Shown: in pieces, positions 1 to 11,500 of the stretch
How positions within the stretch are numbered: position 1 is the first letter of the stretch
Layout of the letters: every line of letters begins with the position of its first letter
IMG/VR virus record: IMGVR_UViG_2740892251_000001
Reading direction: 5' to 3' (one strand)
DNA: 64,000 nt
Source: an uncultured virus (IMG/VR IMGVR_UViG_2740892251_000001)
Lineage: Duplodnaviria > Heunggongvirae > Uroviricota > Caudoviricetes
Made by a program: the position numbers and the translations under genes
Notes under the pieces: model-generated
Told to the model about the DNA's origin: nothing
Database searches by the model: none
What the model saw: the letters and a program-made list of their open reading frames with translations, nothing else

Positions 1-31
1 CCGCACAGCCATAAGCCGAGGGATTTTAAAA
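1..31 (-). repeat. att core / displaced 3' half of tRNA-Leu(UAA), cut by the window edge
   Basis: CCGCACAGCCATAAGCCGAGGGATTTTAAAA is the reverse complement of the anticodon loop-variable arm of leuZ-type tRNA and is identical to 49837..49867. Confidence 0.9.
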
Positions 32-50
32 TCCGCGTTAATTTAATTTA

Positions 51-145
51 AATCAATAGGTTGGATTAAAACGACCTAACATGAATATTAGCAGCCCCCC
101 AAAAAATCAACAACTTACCGCATCCCCCAACCAGCAAGTTAGGAA
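51..145. promoter_or_regulatory. att arm: IHF sites and integrase arm-type sites
   Basis: WATCAAN4TTR matches at 51..63 and 105..117; CCTAACAT (75..82) and AAGTTAGGAA (136..145) match the ATGTTAGGAA repeats at 49691..49724. Confidence 0.7.
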
Positions 146-210
146 CAATATTTTGGGTAAGATATTCAAATTTAGGCCGGGCCATTAAGCACATTGATGT
201 AGGTGCCAAC

Positions 211-1740
211 TCATAGGATCAGTGTTGAATCGTCTGTATAGGCCAGAGCACTGATGAGCTGTTCTGAGTTGGTACTTTTCAGTAGTGGGAAATTTATCAA
301 CTTAAAACCGTTACTGAAACAGATATCACACGTCTTGTTCTCAGTATCGAGCACTATTTCTTTAAACGTTTTGAAGATAAAACGTCTGCATTTCTCCCGG
401 TCCTCTTTTAAGGTTAAATCCAGATTTGTTACATCCTCACTAACGGCCAGCCTCTGCTTATTCTTAGCTACACGCATTGTGACTTCATTACTTTTGAATT
501 CTTTATGCAGTGCCTTTATCTTTTCAGCCAAAGCAGTCACTTCAGGTGCTATTTGTAATGCCTCAATCAGCTTATCAATACTTTTAAGAACCTCAATATT
601 TCTATCCTGAAGCGAACGGGTCGATCCTCTACTGGTTGAATTAGTCTGGAACTTGTCAGCATGGATAACAACTGTAGTTATCAGGTTTACATCCGCAATA
701 TCACGCCTAATCGATGGTGTATTACAACGATGTAGCCGACGCATAGGGCATACATAATACCCCATCCCTTTGCCATCTATGGAATTGAGAATGATACTGT
801 GACCACATACTTTACATTTCATCACCGAACGGAAGAGATTAATTAGATAGGGGTTATCAGTGTGCTTGTCTTTGCCAAAGGGTGGTTTTCTGAACTCTCT
901 GACAGCGTAGAAAGTTGTATCGGAAATGACTCGAGGAAAATAGCCCGGTATTTCTTGTATTCCATTGGCTATCGTACGGTATGACGGGACATTTATTCCA
1001 ATCAGAGCTTTATTTACCAAAATTTTTTCAATTGTAGAAGGGTTCCAGACGCCAATTTCTCCCGTTAGTGTTATCACCTTTTTATCATTCAGCATTTTAA
1101 CTATTCCATTGAGAGATTGCCCTTTTAATCGTAGCCGAAATATCTCTTTAATCGTCCGGGCATGTTCAGGTATCAGCTCGAAACTATCTCCTCTTTGGTT
1201 CACCTTCAACCAGCGAGGGCAACTTCTGGTAATTATTTTGCCCGAGGCCGCTGCTTCCTCCCTTTTCTTCTTCCATGCAGACTTCATCCGGCGTGATTTA
1301 ATTTCACTTTCTTCATTAGCCCGCTGCGCAATTAGAATGGCTTTTATAAGTGAGTATGGGTCATCCAAAGAATCTTTAGTGTAATGAGTATGGTCGCTAA
1401 GGGTAACAACATCGATACCGGCCTTTAATATACTTTTAAGCCGCTCCGTTGCCTCCCCTATTTTTTCACGTGACAGGCGATCCAGACTTTCTACCAGTAA
1501 AGCTGTCCCATATTCAATGTAGCCACCCTCAACGGCATCCATGAAGTCTGAGAATGCACCACGCGTGGCGTGAGTTCCGTGGTAAGCACTGATACCTAAA
1601 TCTTTATAAGTTAGGTCGTCTAGCAAATAGTCTGGATTGGCCTCAAGCCACTCTTCCACTAGCCTATTTTGCCTTTTTAAAGAATCGCCATACTGCTGAA
1701 TAGGCGAGGAAAATCGGAGGTATGCTATAGCTTTTTTCAT
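211..1740 (-). CDS. ybcK: Large serine recombinase (resolvase + recombinase + Zn ribbon), YbcK-like
   Basis: MKKAIAYLRFSS with catalytic Ser, ESLDRLSR, CxxC...C...C; closely resembles E. coli DLP12 YbcK; ATG at 1740 preferred over TTG at 1812. Confidence 0.85.
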   Translation of the reverse strand: MKKAIAYLRFSSPIQQYGDSLKRQNRLVEEWLEANPDYLLDDLTYKDLGISAYHGTHATRGAFSDFMDAVEGGYIEYGTALLVESLDRLSREKIGEATERLKSILKAGIDVVTLSDHTHYTKDSLDDPYSLIKAILIAQRANEESEIKSRRMKSAWKKKREEAAASGKIITRSCPRWLKVNQRGDSFELIPEHARTIKEIFRLRLKGQSLNGIVKMLNDKKVITLTGEIGVWNPSTIEKILVNKALIGINVPSYRTIANGIQEIPGYFPRVISDTTFYAVREFRKPPFGKDKHTDNPYLINLFRSVMKCKVCGHSIILNSIDGKGMGYYVCPMRRLHRCNTPSIRRDIADVNLITTVVIHADKFQTNSTSRGSTRSLQDRNIEVLKSIDKLIEALQIAPEVTALAEKIKALHKEFKSNEVTMRVAKNKQRLAVSEDVTNLDLTLKEDREKCRRFIFKTFKEIVLDTENKTCDICFSNGFKLINFPLLKSTNSEQLISALAYTDDSTLIL

Positions 1741-2217
1741 AGCCCGCAGCCAACATAAAGATGGAACTAGATACTGGCATACCGGAGTTGAACAAAAAGT
1801 GAACTCTGTCAAATCTTCTCATTGCGGAACAGAGCTATTGATTCGAATGTAAGATTTACATATTGATAAATAGTTTCAACCATCATCCCTCCCTGATATA
1901 CCCCCAGTATTTGTGGAGCAATGAATCTGTTCTATGATGCCAACCACATTGATGAAAACTTAATACAATTATTAATGTTATTTTAAACTGATTATTTGGA
2001 TACATAAATTTAGATACTTAAACGAAAAACAGGAAAATTCCTACAAAACCAATCCTGGTGTCTGATTATTTTTTAACCTAGATCACGTTATTGTGAACTC
2101 ATGAATTATCGTTGCAGTAATAAGTTTGATGCTCATGTGTATTTTAAAAAGTAAACGAGAATTCATATTAATAAATTCATTCTTTTTATCATATTAACAT
2201 CAGGGTTATTACTTAAA

Positions 2218-5200
2218 ATGAAATTATTTAACTACAAATTATCTTGTATCGCCTTAACTATTATATCTGCGATTAATACCACAACTTCTTATGCTGATAT
2301 CGGTTTTACAGGTGATGTAATACCTGACTTACCTGACTGGGATATTCCGGGGGTAATAATTGTTGGTAATACGTCATTTGGTGCTATGGAGATTTTCAAT
2401 AGTGGACCGGTGAACAGCGGAAATGGTGGAACGTTGACCAGCGGAAATGTAGCCGCTGGGCTATGGAGCTATATTGGCTATAGTTCTACAGCTACCGGTG
2501 AGGTAGTTATTACTGGCTCTGACTCTAAATGGATTAATAACGGAGTGCTCTTTGTTGGTTATAACGGTAACGGCACATTACAGATATTGGATGGTGGAGT
2601 GGTAAATAACCCTGTTAACGCGACACATGTTGGTTTTGGTGTTGGAGCTGTTGGTTATCTTGAAGTCAGTGGAACTGGTTCACAATTAACCAACGGCGGT
2701 GAGTTACGCATTGGTGGCGAAAATGATAGTAATGGCATGATGCGAATTACCGATGGTGCTGTAGTCACTAACCAAAATGATGCTGATATTGCGTATCGCC
2801 CAGGTTCAACCGGTAGCGTTGAAGTCACAGGTCCAGGCTCAATCTGGAATGCCGGTAATCGTATGTTCATCGGCCATGAAGGTGATGGCAGTCTTAAAAT
2901 CACCAATGGCGGCGTTGTTACCACGGCAACGAAAGCAAGCGTTGCGGCAGGAACTACTTCAACCGGTTATGTAGAAGTGAGCGGTGCAGGTTCCCGCTGG
3001 CAAGTGGGTACATTGCTTGATATAGGAACAAATGGCCCTGCCACTATGGTTGTTTCTGATGGTGGTGTAGTAGCCAGTCAAAGCGGGAATATTAATGACT
3101 CTATCGGAGTGGTAGAAATCACCGGCACCGACTCTCGTTGGGATAATGCCGAGACCCTACAAATTGGTTCATTTTACGCATCAGTAGGTTCTAATAGTAC
3201 TCTAAATATCACTAATGGTGGTGTTGTAACTGATAGTTTTGGTTATGTTGGTGCAGGAAAAGATGCCACTGGCCGAGTAAATATCTCAGGTACAGATTCT
3301 GCTTGGCAAAACTCTAACAGCTTGGTTATAGGTAACAATGGGAATGGCTCTATCGTCGTCTCCGATGGCGGGAGTCTCACTAGTTCTGGTAGCTATGTCG
3401 GCTATGCCGCTGGCTCAAAAGGTGACGTTTTGGTCACGGGTGTTAACTCCAATTGGGTTAACGCAGGTGATATTCGTTTTGGGGAGTTTGGCGGTAACGC
3501 CTCGCTGACTATTAATAACAGTGGGACTGTTCAAACCGATAATTTAACCATTGCTAAAGATGCAACTTCAACCGGAGTACTGAATATTGGTAGCGCAGCT
3601 AATTATACTGCGTCATCAGCCGGTTATATTAATACACCACTTATCACCTTAGGTAGCGGTGATAGCTCAATTGTCTTTAACCATATTGATACTGATTATC
3701 AGTTTAATTCTGCCATTGCTGGCAGTGGTAAAGTGGCAGTTTACAGTGGTATGACGGTACTAAATGGCGTAAATACCTATAGTGGTACGACAACAATTAA
3801 TGCTGGCACCTTAAAAGCTGGTGCAGCAAGCGGCTTCAGTGCAGCTTCTGAATATATTGTCGAGACTGCGGGGAAACTGGATTTAGCCGGTTTCGACCAG
3901 ACACTGAATAGTCTAAGTAATAGTGGTACTGTGAGCCTTAACGGTGCACCAGGTACGATTCTGACGGTATCTGGTGATTACATCGGCAATGACGGTTTGC
4001 TCAATTTTAACTCAGCACTCAATAATGATGCTTCAGTTACTGATAAATTAGTCGTTAATGGTAATACTGCTGGCACCACTCATGTGGCTGTAACTAACTT
4101 GGGTGGCAGTGGCGCGACGACATTAAACGGTATTGAGTTGATTAAAGTGAATGGACTGTCGGACGGTGAATTTATTAAGCAGGGACGTATTGTTGCCGGT
4201 GCGTATGATTACTCTCTGGCTCGCGGGGTAGGAACCAATGCGAGTAACTGGTATTTGACCAACGCAGTTGATCTTACCAACCCTGTTGAACCAGCATTAA
4301 TTATTGAACGTCCAGAAGTTGGCAGTTACACAGCTAACCTAGCAGTGGCAAATAATATGTTCGTCACGCGTTTACATGACCGTGTGGGTGAAACCCAATA
4401 TATCGATGCATTGACTGGCGAACATAAAGTAACCAGCATGTGGTTACGTAACGAGGGTGGTCATAACCGTTCTCGTGATACTTCGGGTCAACTGAGTACA
4501 CAGGCTAATCGTTATGTCGTGCAACTAGGGGGCGATATTGCCCAATGGAGCAATAACGATAAAGACGGTATCCGTCTGGGTGTTATGGCTGGGTATGGTA
4601 ACAGCAAAAGCACCACTGTTTCACAACTGTCCGGTTACAACGCAAAAGGGACGACTGATGGTTACAGCTTGGGCGTATACGGTACTTGGTATGCTAACGA
4701 AGCCGATAAATCTGGCTTATATGTGGACAGCTCTGCGCAATACAGCTGGTTCAACAACACTGTTGACGGTCAAAGCTTGGAAAATGAAGAGTACAAATCT
4801 AAAGGTGTGACTGCCTCTCTTGAAAGTGGTTATACCTTTAAAGTGGGTGAAAATGCAGCTAAGAATGCCACCTACTTTATCCAACCTAAAGCGCAGATTT
4901 CCTGGATGGGTGTTAAAGCTGACGATCATAAAGAAGCCAACGGCACTAATGTTTCTGGTGAAGGTGATGGAAATATCCAAACCCGTCTGGGTGTAAAAGC
5001 CTTTATGAATGGTTACAGCGATCTGGATAAGGGTAAAGACCGTGAATTCCAGCCATTTATTGAAGCAAACTGGATCCACAATACCAAAGATTTCGGCACT
5101 ACAATGGACGGAATGACCGTTAAGCAAGACGGTGCGGCCAATATTGGTGAGCTGAAAGTGGGTGTAGAAGGCCAGATAAATAAGAGAGTGAATATCTGGG

Positions 5201-5277
5201 GTAATGTCGGACAGCAAATTGGTAATAAAGGCTATAGCGATACTGCAGTGATGTTAGGAATTAAATATAACTTCTAA
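2218..5277 (+). CDS. Type Va autotransporter (AIDA-I/Yap-like) with beta-helical passenger repeats
   Basis: Signal peptide; about 7 repeats GxxSxW...LxIGxxGxGxLxIxxGGVV; pertactin-like junction TDKLVVNGNT...GAYDYSL; beta-barrel ending KYNF. Confidence 0.93.
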   Translation: MKLFNYKLSCIALTIISAINTTTSYADIGFTGDVIPDLPDWDIPGVIIVGNTSFGAMEIFNSGPVNSGNGGTLTSGNVAAGLWSYIGYSSTATGEVVITGSDSKWINNGVLFVGYNGNGTLQILDGGVVNNPVNATHVGFGVGAVGYLEVSGTGSQLTNGGELRIGGENDSNGMMRITDGAVVTNQNDADIAYRPGSTGSVEVTGPGSIWNAGNRMFIGHEGDGSLKITNGGVVTTATKASVAAGTTSTGYVEVSGAGSRWQVGTLLDIGTNGPATMVVSDGGVVASQSGNINDSIGVVEITGTDSRWDNAETLQIGSFYASVGSNSTLNITNGGVVTDSFGYVGAGKDATGRVNISGTDSAWQNSNSLVIGNNGNGSIVVSDGGSLTSSGSYVGYAAGSKGDVLVTGVNSNWVNAGDIRFGEFGGNASLTINNSGTVQTDNLTIAKDATSTGVLNIGSAANYTASSAGYINTPLITLGSGDSSIVFNHIDTDYQFNSAIAGSGKVAVYSGMTVLNGVNTYSGTTTINAGTLKAGAASGFSAASEYIVETAGKLDLAGFDQTLNSLSNSGTVSLNGAPGTILTVSGDYIGNDGLLNFNSALNNDASVTDKLVVNGNTAGTTHVAVTNLGGSGATTLNGIELIKVNGLSDGEFIKQGRIVAGAYDYSLARGVGTNASNWYLTNAVDLTNPVEPALIIERPEVGSYTANLAVANNMFVTRLHDRVGETQYIDALTGEHKVTSMWLRNEGGHNRSRDTSGQLSTQANRYVVQLGGDIAQWSNNDKDGIRLGVMAGYGNSKSTTVSQLSGYNAKGTTDGYSLGVYGTWYANEADKSGLYVDSSAQYSWFNNTVDGQSLENEEYKSKGVTASLESGYTFKVGENAAKNATYFIQPKAQISWMGVKADDHKEANGTNVSGEGDGNIQTRLGVKAFMNGYSDLDKGKDREFQPFIEANWIHNTKDFGTTMDGMTVKQDGAANIGELKVGVEGQINKRVNIWGNVGQQIGNKGYSDTAVMLGIKYNF

Positions 5278-5303
5278 TACTGGCTAAAAAATTATAGGTA
5301 AAC

Positions 5304-5328
5304 AGACCGGGCAATTAAGCCCGGTTTT
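5304..5328. terminator. Intrinsic terminator between convergent autotransporter and tail genes
   Basis: ACCGGGC-AATTAA-GCCCGGT-TTT. Confidence 0.75.
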
Positions 5329-5335
5329 GCTATCC

Positions 5336-5728
5336 CTATTCCGGCGCTGTCGGCCACCCAATATCCGGCGCAAGAGAAACATCAACGTTTTTCACTGCAA
5401 TACGGTATTGCTTCCACGCTTTCAAATCAGATCGCAGTTTATCTGGCACATCTTCTTCACTATCCACCAGCCCCTCAATCTCATCAGTAATAGCAGCAAT
5501 GATGTCCGATGCGTGAGATAAAATAGCCGTTTGCTTTTGCGTGACTTCAATAATCATCTGTTGCAGAACGCGCGGCGCGGGGCCAGGTAACCATTCGCCA
5601 TTTTCATCTGCGTAATAAGTTGGGTCTGGCCTGGGGCCATTCATTACAATGCATTTTTCCGGTAACTGAAACGTATCTGAATAGCTGATATATTCAACAT
5701 TAGTCCCCAACTCTGAGTATGTTCTCAT
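5336..5728 (-). CDS. Tail fibre assembly chaperone
   Basis: C-terminal LKAWKQYRIAV...DIGWPTAPE (Tfa-type motif); follows the tail fibre gene. Confidence 0.85.
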   Translation of the reverse strand: MRTYSELGTNVEYISYSDTFQLPEKCIVMNGPRPDPTYYADENGEWLPGPAPRVLQQMIIEVTQKQTAILSHASDIIAAITDEIEGLVDSEEDVPDKLRSDLKAWKQYRIAVKNVDVSLAPDIGWPTAPE

Positions 5729-5730
5729 GT

Positions 5731-7572
5731 TTAAGTCCCCAATCCATCAATTGTCCACACAGCAACTCTATAAGGGGCGGAGGTTATAGTGCTAGCCGAG
5801 GGGAATGAGTTAGCAGTCATTGCTGCTACATGCGCAACCCAAGTATTACCACTCCAGACGACGATATTATCCCCCCATGGTATAGCTAAAGCCCCTACTG
5901 ACACAGAGCCCGAACCAACGTTACTACCAAACCCTGCAACTCCCCATATCCCACCAAACTGGACTTCACATCGATAGTCTATTTTTCTGCCGATGAAGGG
6001 ATTATCCAGCACTATTCGCTGTGATAATCCAAGGGTGGCGGGTGCGACTGCGGAACCACCCGGATAAAGATATGTGAATTTTTGATGACTTTCGAGTGTA
6101 GCTATACGAGTTGATAACAATGTTATTTGAGTCGCTAGCTCCAGCGCATTTATTTGGCCTTCATTGAATGCAGCGCCAGCAAGTTTAATTACCCAGCAAG
6201 TTGTGACACTAAGTACACGGTTTTCATCTGCGACGAGGAACCCAGGGGATTTCGATGCATCAAACAGTAAATCTTTTGCGCCTATTGTTTGAGCATTAGT
6301 TCCCGCCGCCTTGTTGGTTGTGCCTTTTACAAAAGCCCCACCTAAAGTAGATATATCTAATACTAACCCTGTAGAGGGTGAAAACTCAAAGGAGCCAGTG
6401 ATATTCCTTGCCGCGTCCATTTGGAGTAACCCCACCGTCCCGGCAGATTTAACACCATCCCCTCGACCTACTGTAGCCCCTAATGAACCTGAGTATTTAC
6501 CGTTCTTATCTGGTACACGGAATGTTGTTGAACCATCCCCGCTAGAGAATTGACCTCGCTTTAAGGGATCTCCCAACCAGGCGGCGTCCGTAATGACAGT
6601 CCGTTTAGCTTGTATTGCTGCCCATGCATCTGGGAATAGCGCACGACTTAATAGCTGCCCATCTTGTGGGGCTTCACCTGCCTCAATATGGTCACGAGTG
6701 TCTGTCTGATACGAATGAAGTATAGGTAAACCGCCAGCTGGCTTTGCGTCTAACTGTTGCTTAGTGACTGCACCTTTCGGATCTGTGGCGTCACCGGCTA
6801 ATATTACCGGCCCTGTAAATGTGCCGCCTGTAGTATGCATAAGTAAATCGGGGTTAACGCTTTCAGCAAATTGTTCCGCTTCATCTCTGGCAGTAACTGC
6901 CCCATCTTTGCTTTGTGTAGCTATTGTTGCAGCCTCAGATGCAATCGATGCCGAATCTGTCGCCGCCGCAGCAGCATCGCTGGCTGTCGTAGCGGAACCA
7001 GAAGCCGATATTGCAGAACCTTCCGCTGCCGCTTCTGCTGACTGGGCCGCTGTCTTTGCCGCGACCGCTTCATCTCGTGCCGTTTCCGCCCCAGCTACCG
7101 CCTCTCCAGCGTTCTCTATCAGCTCCCTGTTATCATCAAACCACGTTTTCGAGTCATTAACCCATGCGGTCAGATCGCTCAAAGATGGAATAACCACAGT
7201 GGAACCATCAGGAGCAATAATGGTGACATCGCCTGTACCAGTGGTTATATCTTGCCAGTCTTCTAATAACTTCTGATATAAAGCCAATTGCACGGCTGTT
7301 CTACGCGCCAAGTCAGACATTGAATTTGATACAGTCGTGACAATTGCATATTCAGAATTGGTAATTGCTGATGTTAAATTCTTTGTTACTCTTATTTTAG
7401 TATCGCTATCGACAGCAAGTATTTCATATATTACAACCTGCCCAGAGCCAGGAATAAATATCATCTGCCCAGGGGCGATTCCAAATATTGGGTTATTCCA
7501 TAGCGTACCAACACCAGTAATCACATTTGTCCCAGCTACGGACGTGACTGTTCCTGCCTCATACCAAGACAT
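5731..7572 (-). CDS. Side tail fibre protein
   Basis: N-terminal WYxxGTV anchor, Ala-rich heptads, collar motif GDGSTTFRVPD. Confidence 0.88.
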   Translation of the reverse strand: MSWYEAGTVTSVAGTNVITGVGTLWNNPIFGIAPGQMIFIPGSGQVVIYEILAVDSDTKIRVTKNLTSAITNSEYAIVTTVSNSMSDLARRTAVQLALYQKLLEDWQDITTGTGDVTIIAPDGSTVVIPSLSDLTAWVNDSKTWFDDNRELIENAGEAVAGAETARDEAVAAKTAAQSAEAAAEGSAISASGSATTASDAAAAATDSASIASEAATIATQSKDGAVTARDEAEQFAESVNPDLLMHTTGGTFTGPVILAGDATDPKGAVTKQQLDAKPAGGLPILHSYQTDTRDHIEAGEAPQDGQLLSRALFPDAWAAIQAKRTVITDAAWLGDPLKRGQFSSGDGSTTFRVPDKNGKYSGSLGATVGRGDGVKSAGTVGLLQMDAARNITGSFEFSPSTGLVLDISTLGGAFVKGTTNKAAGTNAQTIGAKDLLFDASKSPGFLVADENRVLSVTTCWVIKLAGAAFNEGQINALELATQITLLSTRIATLESHQKFTYLYPGGSAVAPATLGLSQRIVLDNPFIGRKIDYRCEVQFGGIWGVAGFGSNVGSGSVSVGALAIPWGDNIVVWSGNTWVAHVAAMTANSFPSASTITSAPYRVAVWTIDGLGT

Positions 7573-7597
7573 AATTGTATTCCTATTAAGTTATTTG

Positions 7598-8314
7598 TTA
7601 GGCATAGCCGAGTGAGGCTTTGTAGTACTGGTCATACAGTGATGTTTCTATATAAGCGCAACCTTTAGAAAATCCATCTGCGGAGCCGCCACCCGCGCTC
7701 TGGGAAATTTGTCTAAACACTGGGGTAATAATGCCGGACGAAAAACCTGTGAAACAAAACAGAAAAATAAGTGCGGTCGGTGGGTTTGTCCCAGGAATGC
7801 CTTGAGTTAGCTGCCTTGCTACTGAACAAATTGTGGCACATGGCATTGTGGGTGCAGGCGTCGTTAACTGTGGGCGTTCCCAAAACTTGATATCTAGCGG
7901 TAGGCAATTACCCGTATAAACGAGCTGCCCGTCCTTGTAGAAGTAAATCCCCCACTCTGGGATGTTGGCTACAAATTCTGAGAACACATAAAATCGGATG
8001 GTGTGAGCTAATCCCGCTGTACCCGCTGTCGTGTGTACCCGCCAAAAGCCATTCGGGCCTTGTTCGGCGTAGTGAAGAACGCCACCGCTAGCGCCTTGCT
8101 GGCTCCCAGTTGACAGTATCTTATGGAAAATGAAACACTTTTTGGCGTTTGGGACGATAGTTTCGTAATAATGCTGGGCTGATACATCGCCGGTGTAGTC
8201 TGCCGTCCTGTCCATCACCTGCACTAATACTGTGGGCGTAAACTCAGGGGAGGCAAATATCACCCCATCATCACGCGTTATTTGCATGCCAAAGCCGTCC
8301 ATTACATTACCCAC
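7598..8314 (-). CDS. Tail-tip accessory protein
   Basis: Position downstream of J; FGMQI and WGIYFY repeated motifs. Confidence 0.65.
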   Translation of the reverse strand: MGNVMDGFGMQITRDDGVIFASPEFTPTVLVQVMDRTADYTGDVSAQHYYETIVPNAKKCFIFHKILSTGSQQGASGGVLHYAEQGPNGFWRVHTTAGTAGLAHTIRFYVFSEFVANIPEWGIYFYKDGQLVYTGNCLPLDIKFWERPQLTTPAPTMPCATICSVARQLTQGIPGTNPPTALIFLFCFTGFSSGIITPVFRQISQSAGGGSADGFSKGCAYIETSLYDQYYKASLGYA

Positions 8315-8568
8315 ACGATTATTGAGTTACCCGCGGCGTTTGACCACGAGACAGTTCCACCAGAGACAGACACGACTGCTTCTGTTGCAAATGACCCCGC
8401 TGTCGTGAAATAAGCTTTAGCCCGAAGGCTTTTTCCAGCAGGCACGGTATACGATCGTGAGCCGCTATTGTTCCCAATAAAATAATCCATCATATAAGCA
8501 GGGAGAAACGCATTAATCACATCAAATGTACCGCCAGGTATAAATAGTTGAGCACCCCATTTAGACAT
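8302..8568 (-). CDS. Small tail-tip accessory protein
   Basis: Coupled to J; MSKWGAQ start typical of this position. Confidence 0.6.
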   Translation of the reverse strand: MSKWGAQLFIPGGTFDVINAFLPAYMMDYFIGNNSGSRSYTVPAGKSLRAKAYFTTAGSFATEAVVSVSGGTVSWSNAAGNSIIVWVM

Positions 8569-8570
8569 AT

Positions 8571-11500
8571 TTACACCTCCAGTTTTTTCCCAATAACGAC
8601 GACGATTTGATCACTTTCATTAAATACTGTGATTCGGTTATTAACTAACCTCAGTTTCCCTTCGCCAGCAACAGCGCCATTCATTTCAAATGAACCATCC
8701 GCAGCCATTCTCGTTCCCGTTTGGCCCGAAACAAAATTAGCTGATTTCCATTCACCAATTTTTGCCAGAGTAATTGAGGCGTAATTAATGAATGCCTCAT
8801 TAATAAACGTCTGCCCATTCTCTATTGCGAATGCAAGTTTATAACTATTATCGCTTGGGTTATAAACACCGAAAGTATTTGCGGAAAATAGAACCTGACT
8901 TGTCCAGTTGGCACCATCAAATTCGACCCCTATCGCCATTCCTGCTGATTTATATACCCCATTAAATTCAGCTCCAACTTTAAGCGTAGTAATGGCGCTG
9001 CCCGTACCATCAACTTTAACAACCGTTTCTGCTCGTCGTTCAATAGCGGCTGAGTTTTCACCGACCTGTGATTGAACACCTTCAATTATTGTTGCTGTTG
9101 CTGCAAGTTCAGTAATAACTGTTTGACGTATATCGAATATTTCAGCCCTGAAATCACCGTTTTGTTTCTTCCAACGATGAACATCAGCATCATTAGCTAG
9201 AGCATTTTCAATAATTGCTTCAGCATTCATATCCAGATCGGATGACAATTGCCCGAAGGTTTCTGATCCCTTTATAGCCTGGTCAATGTAATCAATCATG
9301 CCGGGAATATCTGACGATGCTACACCGGAGGCCTCAACAAACTCAGAAACACCAAACGCATTACGAGTCCTGACGTAAACATAATAAGTCGTGTCAGACT
9401 TGAGCCCGTTCAGCGCCCATTGAGTTGAACGTCCTAAAAACTGAGCCTCACTTTCAATATTTGTCGCACTAGATGCTGGTATTTCTCCTGTCCACCAAAA
9501 CTCAAAGGTAGTATCTGTTGTGGCTGTAATATTCATTACCGGCACAACATCAGCAGAAAATATCCCAGGAGTCCATCTAACAGAAGATGGCATAGGGGGC
9601 ACACCAATGAGCAAGCTGACCTGTGTTTCTGCGCCCTTCATACCATTATCATTGCGCCCACGAACACCAAGTGAATATGTTCCGGCTGGGATGCCAAAGA
9701 AGTCATAGCGGAATTGATCTGTTTCGTACTGAGCGAATACTGCACCATCCAAGGTATAGACCAACAACTCAAACACCAGCTTTCTGGTTGTAGTGGCGGT
9801 TTCCCACGAAGCGCTTACCTGAACAGTTTCACTGTTCGTATTGATTATCCGAAGATTTTCAATATTTGGGACACGATAGCCATTTAGTGTATCTGAAGGG
9901 ACATCAAATACGGCTCCTTCGTCAACGATGGCTTGCTTATTGGGGTTATGCAACGTTGCAGATATGCTGTAGATAGAGTTATTTTCATCTTCAGAAATCC
10001 CCATTATGCGAAACAACCGCGTAGCTACTTCACTGGTTGAAATTGCAAACGTAGTACCATCTCTAACCCAGGCTGGAGCCACTTTCAGCGTGATAGTAGA
10101 ACCATTAACTGAGGCAATTTCATATTTAGTGAACTTCGCGTTAGCGCCCATGATAGACATGGTGTCGCCATTCCCAGCCAATGTGGACACATCGGCATCA
10201 ACATTGATCACTACGCCACTGTGACTAACTATACGTCCACCGAGCCTGGTTGCTGCTCGGTTGTTATCCATTAACTCAATGATGTCGCCTGGGATAAACC
10301 CAATAGCATCCCGCGCCATACGAAACGTTACTTTGTCCTTTTCAAGTTTGGCGCTTTCAACCAACCATTTTGCTGTCCTACGGGCCTGACCGCGTGACGT
10401 ACAACCAAAGGCTTCAATGGTGGTCTCGTTGTATGCACCACTGCTGCTGATCATCTCATCATCAGAGTAGTATTCTTTCACTTGTTCCCAACCGTTATTG
10501 GGATCAGTCCAAGATACAACCACCGCGTTGTATCGCTCTGAGCGCTTCATTGCGCTATAAGTGAATAGCCCATCAACGACGCTGGCATTCGTTACAACAG
10601 CTACCGGGTCTTGTGGTCGGTCGATCATGATGGAAAAGCGCATGCCATCCCACAAAGCAATGCCGCGAAACATGCCCGCAATATCATCCAGCAGTTCGCG
10701 CGCGCTCTTCTGCTCGGTGATGTAGGCATTTAAGGTAAAGCGCGGCTCTTCTCCGCCGAAACCATTTTCTACTTTTTGATCACAGAACTGTGATAGTACG
10801 TACAGGCTGCCGTCATCAACATCAACGTATCCAGCGCGACGAGCCAACCCATAGCGCGTATTTTTAACCAACATGCGGAATATCCACGCCGGATTATTAG
10901 TCCATGCAGATTTGAAGCCACCTAACCAAAGCCCGGTATATGTGCGGGTTATTGGGTCATAATTATCGGGAACATCAACAATTATCCCTCTCAGATGGGA
11001 GGTTCGATTCGGTGTGTCGGTGTACTGGTCTCGGTCAATAACGGCACCACAAACAGCGGTGTACGGGTAAGAAAGGTTATCGTCAATGATTTCAGTGTAG
11101 CTATTCCACGCAGTGCCATTATTTAGAAGGTCACTCGTGCTATCTGGAGTTACGCGGCGCACACGGATATCAAATGGCTTGGTCTCTGGGGCATCAATAA
11201 CATGGGCCTCCAGATATTCACCTGAAATCTTGCCTGTGATCGTTACCGTTTTTATCGGCGTAAATGCACCATTTCCCACCCTTGTCTCAATAACCATCGT
11301 TACCGAGGTATTTCTTTGGTTACCCTGTGTATCCTGCTCAACTAAGGCATTAACGCCCACATTAAGCCGAACGCGCGTTACGTTATTATCAGTAACCGTG
11401 CGCACAAGAGGAGTGGCCTGCGTAACGTCCGTATTAACAATGGTGGTGGAGTCGATAGCAGAGAAACCATTGATTGGGAGCTGTGTTGCTGATCCTGGAC

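Noticed and set aside
211..7572. Tail-fibre inversion or DGR system driven by the serine recombinase
   Set aside because: The enzyme is a large recombinase, not a Gin/Pin invertase. No inverted crossover sites, alternate fibre tips or reverse transcriptase were seen.
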